A stretch of 64,000 nucleotides of DNA from the human T2T-CHM13v2.0 reference genome, Homo sapiens. Of the stretch, positions 58,638 through 64,000 are shown one piece after another. The translations under genes were made by a program, and so were the position numbers. Under the pieces are notes generated by a model. It had not been told where the DNA came from and made no database searches. It worked only from the letters and a program-made list of their open reading frames with translations. The stretch lies in assembly GCF_009914755.1 (NCBI RefSeq), contig NC_060936.1, one strand, 5' to 3'. Each line of letters opens with the position of its first letter. The first letter of the stretch is position 1.

Positions 58638-58982
58638 AATCCATTCCTTATCAATTAGGCATCTGATATGGTTTGGCTGTGTCCCCACCCAAATCTCATC
58701 TTGAATTCCCATGTGTTGTGGGAGGGACCTGGTGGGAGGTAATTGAGTCACGGGGGCAGGTCTTTCCTGTGCTGTTCTCGTAATAGTGAATAAGTCTCAT
58801 GAGATCTGATAGGTTTAAAAATGGGAGTCTCCCTGCACAAGCCATTTTCTCTTGTCTACCACCATGTGAGACATGCCTTTCACCTTCTGCCATGGTTGTG
58901 AGGCCTCCCCAGCCATGTGGAACTGTAACTCCATTAAATCTCCTTCTTTTGTAAATTGCCCAATCTTGGGTATGTCTTTATC

Positions 58983-59740
58983 CCGAAAATGTGGAAGCGA
59001 CTTTGGAACTGGGTAATAGGCAGAGGTTGGAACAGTTTGGAGGGCTCAGAAGAATACAAGAAAATGTGGGAACATTTGGAACTCCTGAGAGACTTGTTGA
59101 ATGGCATTGACCAAAATGCTGATAAAGATACAGACAATGAAATCCAGGCTGAAGTGGTCTCAGATGGAGATGAGGAACTTGTTGGGAACTAGAGCAAAGG
59201 TGATTCCTGTTATATTTTAGCAAAGAGACTGGTGGCATTGTGCCCCTGCACTAGAGATTTGTGGAATGTTGAACTAGAGAAAGATGATTTAGGGTATCTG
59301 GCAGAAGAAATTTCTAAGCAGAAAAGCATTCAAGAGGTGACTTGGGTGCTGTTAAATGCATTCAGTTTTAAAAGGGAAGCAGAGCATAAAAGTTCAAAAA
59401 ATTTGCAGCCTGACAATGCAATAGAAAAGAAAATCAGATTTTTTGAGGAAAAATTCAAGCTGACTGCAGAAATTTGCATAAGTAACGAGGATGTTAATCA
59501 TAAAGACAATGGGAAAATGTCTCCAGGGCATGTCAGAGACTTCAATGGCAGCCCCTCCCTTCACAGGCCCAGGGGTTTAGGAGGAAAAATATGGTTTCAT
59601 GGGCCGGGCCCAGGGTCCCCGTGCTGTGTGCAGTCTAGGGACTTGGTGCCCTGCATCCTAGCTGCTCCAGCCAGGGCTGAAAGGGGCAGACATAGAGCTT
59701 GGGCCATGGCTTCAGAAGGTATAAGCCCCAAGCCTTAGAA
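58983..59740 (+). pseudogene. THE1-internal gag-like ORF remnant
   Basis: GRGWNSLEGSEE, AEVVSDGDEELVGN and DLGYLAEEISKQ peptides, interrupted by stops and frameshifts. Confidence 0.75.
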
Positions 59741-60214
59741 GTTTCCATGGGATTTTGAGCTGTGAGTGTACAGAAGTCATGAATTGGGGTTTGGGAGCCT
59801 TTGGCTTGATTTCAGATTTATGGAAATGCCTGAATGGCCAGGCAGAAGTTTGCTGCAGGGGCAAAGCCCTCATGGAGAATCTCTGCCAGGGCAGTGCAAA
59901 AGAGAAATGTGGGGTCAGAACCCCCACACAGAGTGCCTACTGGGGCACCACCTCCTGGAGCTGTGAGAAGAGGACCACCATCCTTTAGACCTCAGAATGG
60001 TAGATCCACTGACAGCCTGCATTGGGTTTCTTGAAAAGCTACAGACATTCAATGCCAGCTCATGAAGCAGCCAGGAGAGGGGTTATACTCTGCAAAGCCA
60101 TAGAGGTAGAGCTGCCCAAGGCAGTGGGAGCCCATCCCCTGCATCAGCGTGACCTGGACATGAGGCATGAAGTCAAAGGAGATCATTTTGGAGCTTGAAG
60201 ATTTGACTGCCCTT

Positions 60215-60530
60215 GGCCAGGCACAGTGGCTCACGCCTGTAATCCCAGCACTTTGGGAGGCCAAGGTGGGCAGATCACCTGAGGTCAAGAGATCGAGACC
60301 ATCCTGGCCAACATGGTGAAACCCCATCTCTACTAAAAATACAAAAATTATCTGGGCGTGGTGGCATGCACCTGTAGTCCTAGCTACTTGGGAGGCTGAG
60401 GCAGGAGAATCGCTTGAACCTGGGGATGGAGGTTGCAGTGAGCCAAGATCACGCCGCTGCACTCCAGACTGGTGACAGAGCGACACTTCGTCTCAAAAAA
60501 AAAAAAAAAAAAAAAAAAAAACAGAAAGAA
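60215..60530 (+). mobile_element. AluS (Sc-like) inside the THE1 internal region
   Basis: GAGGTCAAGAGATCGAGACCATCCTGGCC, with exact TSD ATTTGACTGCCCTT at 60201-60214 and 60533-60546. Confidence 0.94.
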
Positions 60531-62860
60531 ATATTTGACTGCCCTTGAATTTTGGTTTGCATGAGGCCTGTAGCCCCTTTATTTTGGCCAATTTCTCCCA
60601 TTTGGAACAACTGTATTTACCCAATGCCTGTATCCTCATTGTATCCAGAAAGTAACTAACTTGGTTTTGATTTTACAGGCTGATAGGCAGAATTGACTTG
60701 CCTTGTCTCAGATGAAACTTTGGAATGTAGACTTTTAAGTTAATGCTGAAATGAGTTAAGACTTTTGGGGGATTGTTGGGAAGGCACGACTGGTTTTGAA
60801 ATGTGAGGACATGAGATTTGAGAGGGGCCAGGGGCAGAATGATATTGTTTGGCTGTGCCCCACTCAGATCTTATCTTGAATTCCCATGTGTTGTGGGAGG
60901 GATCTGGTGGGAGGTAATTAAATCATGGGGCAGGTCTTTCCCATGCTGTTCTAATGATAGTGAATAAGTCTCATGAGATCTGATGGTTTTAAAAACAGAA
61001 GTCTCCCTCACAAGCTCTCTTCTCTTATCTGCTGCCATGTGAGACGTGTCTTTTACCTTCTGCCATTATTGTGAGGTCTTCCCAGCCACGTGGAACTGTA
61101 AGTCCATTTAATCTATTTCTTTTGTAAATTGCCCAGTCTCAGGTATGTTTTTATCAGCAGTGTGAAAACTGACTAATACAGTACTCACATGCATCTCCTA
61201 AAACCATACTTAATTTCCATATGAAGATGATAACAAGGTAATATTTCTACCTAAGATGAGACAACTATCCTGTGATTGTAATTTGCAGGATTTTAGACAT
61301 TAGGGATTTTTGACAGTGGAAATATAGACTTTAGAGATTTTCATCTTTAGGGACACTGATTGTTCAGGATTTCAATATTTGGGATAATGGTGTTCAGGAT
61401 TGTGACTTTGGGATTATGATCCCAGCCCCAGTAAGGCAGGGCTTATCATTATTAACGTAATGTGAGACTTAAAGAAGATAAAATATCTTGCCCAAACGCA
61501 TTAGTATTTGATACAGCAAGAAAAACATCTAAATTGTGAAAATATTCATTCTTCCGTTGGGAGAATAACCTTTATTTGTTTTCCTTTATTCAATGTTTGT
61601 TAAAAAATAACAAAATATTTATGTATTCTCATTTCCTTTTTGTATCAGAAACATCAAGGTGTGAGCCACATTAACTGAATGATATAGAACTAGCTTTCTG
61701 TTTAACGTCCAGTAATCTGGGCAGGACAGAGTCTCACACTCTGTGTAAGTTCGTATCTTCTACTCCCTCTTCAGATGGCCTCTTTCTTGCCGTTCATCAC
61801 CAGCTACTCCTCTGCTCCTTTGCCACTATGGATACTTAAGCTGTTAACCATTTTACTTAGGTAGCTGTTCTCTTTCAGATGGTTAATTTCTACTAATTTC
61901 TGACCTACTTAATTTCTCCTAACCCCCATCTTTGCCTAGATTCATTCAAATAGCAGTTTTTCCCCTACTAAAAAGAATATTTTGAAAGTTAATGTTACCA
62001 TTTAAAATTCAACTAAAAAAATGATTGAACTCAGTGTAGTTTCCTACAGTATTCCCCAGCATGACAGTATTCCTCACACAGTAGGTGCTCAATAAACACT
62101 TGCTGAAACAATAAATCTGACTGAGTTACATAATTTTTTAATTGGCAACTGACATGCTCTCACAAACAAATTAAAACAAGAATAAGATAAAATAATTTAT
62201 AATAATAAGAATAATATATGCATATCATTTCATCTGGGCCTTTTTCATACTAGAATATTTTCCATGAGGATAAATCCTATTCCTCTTAGCTCTTAAATTG
62301 TAGCTTTCAAATCTACGTATATACTCTTTTATTATTAAATGTCATTTATATCAGGCTCTGTTCATGTCATGCCATAAGGAGTGCAACTCCTCCCCTCCAA
62401 CTAGATGTCAGAGAAAGAAAAGAAAATATTAGCCTGAAATTTTGTTGCTTAATGTCTTTCAATGCCTCCTCAGCTGTCTGTAAGATAAAATCGAATGGCC
62501 TATGCATAGCATGTATGACCTTTTGTGGTCCAAGCCTGTCTTGTCAGCCTCATCTCTTGCTACTTACCACAAAGTGCACTACACTTCAGCCACAGAAAAT
62601 TACTTAAAATGCACCATGGGATTGATGAAGTTGAGCCTGTTCAACTGTTGCTCTTCCTGCCAGTATGCTGTGTTGTCTACCAACACCTGTCTCACTGGTT
62701 CTTTTCATTCATTTCAGTTTCCTCCACACTGCTCAAATTAAATTCAGATAATACCTCCTCACGGTACCCTTTCTGTCTTCCAGCTGTGACTAAGATGTGT
62801 GTCTTCTGTGCTCCCTCTCAATCTTATACAAATGTTACCATTATTCTTATTCATCAGTAA

Positions 62861-63162
<302 letters not shown>

Positions 63163-64000
63163 GGTAATTATTTTTGAGATTCAACTATGTTCAAGGCACT
63201 GTGATAGTTCCAGGGAATGCAGATGATACAGTGCCAAACAAAACAGATGCCTACATCACCAGTCTTTACAGAGAAGAGTAGTGTGTTTGCTTACCTCCTC
63301 CCACTAGACAATGAATACCTAAAAAAATGGGGCCTGCCTCTGATTTCTATGTTCCCAATCACTGGTACCTCATAGACAGGAAGTGCTCACTGATGAATAA
63401 GCTTCCCTTGTCTTATATGGAGAAGTCTTGGACCGTTAATATTCAGGACTTCACAATCACAGTTGAAACATATCTTATTTTGAAAGATTACCCCAGTGGC
63501 ACGTTGGAAAACAGAATTGTATACATAGCTTATTTGCCTTCATTTCAATTACATTATTTCTGCCTATTTCAATGCTTGTTTCACATTGTGATCGAAAGTA
63601 AAATGATAAGAAATTGTTTACATTCAAACAAGTTAATATTTTGGACTACTACTTTCAATAGAAAAAAATATTATGGAATAAGGTTGATAATAATTAAAGG
63701 ATCTCAGTGGACTTTAGTGGAATATTACTGAAAGTTGAATTTCATTTTTATATATACAATATCTTGATAGAAATTGTCTCTTCTTCTATTTGACTTGTTA
63801 ACTACATGGCACAAATATATTCATGCAAAGTTCAATTTAGCTATTGTGTTTGCATAGCTGACTAATAACACATATCACTTTAAATAAATTTTCTCTCAGA
63901 AGTCTAAGCTACCAATTGAATAAAATTTGAAGCAAGTTGCATAGTTGGAATTTGCCATATGTATTCCTTATTTTCTATAAATTGGCTTAAATATTGTCAT

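Larger units (their letters stand above)
58664..61180 (+). mobile_element. THE1 (THE1A-like) MaLR provirus with two LTRs
   Basis: 5' LTR 58664-~58982 (TGATATGGTTTGGCTGTGTCCCCACCC), an internal region, and 3' LTR 60840-61180 ending GACTAATACA. Confidence 0.93.
57635..61428. mobile_element. Ricksha (MULE/MuDR-type) DNA transposon with ERVL cargo, inserted in a MIR
   Basis: TIR-like AATCCC repeats at the left and GGGATT repeats at the right. 9-bp TSD-like CAATAAGGA (57626-57634) and CAGTAAGGC (61429-61437). The MIR halves join across it. Confidence 0.8.

Noticed and set aside
63327-63731. 134-aa ORF
   Set aside because: It starts in an L2-like remnant and has no recognisable homology or splice context.

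Overview
AT-rich, CpG-poor primate genomic DNA. AluY and L1PA3-type elements indicate a catarrhine, most likely human or another ape. It reads as a gene desert or deep intron. I find no recognisable cellular coding exon, RNA gene, CRISPR array or CpG island, and nearly all ORFs in the track are repeat-derived or chance ORFs. Much of the window is transposon-derived. It contains about 13 Alus, a full-length but dead L1PA5/6 and several other L1s. There are solo LTRs (MER50, LTR8, MLT2A, LTR12, MER11, LTR19-like), a two-LTR THE1 provirus, a MER2 and a Ricksha (MULE) DNA transposon. I cannot support a previously undescribed biological system here. The most notable items are: (1) a ~160 bp imperfect palindrome at 49147-49307 resembling the ancient Eulor6 (Crypton-derived) conserved repeat; (2) an open L1 ORF0 with a strong Kozak context in an L1 whose ORF1 and ORF2 are dead; (3) a Ricksha carrying ERVL cargo with a DUX4-type motif, inside a MIR > Ricksha > THE1 > Alu nest; (4) two apparent deletion scars that truncate young Alus; (5) a probable twin-primed L1 inversion. 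Family names come from my recall of consensus sequences, not from a database search, and boundaries of old elements are approximate.
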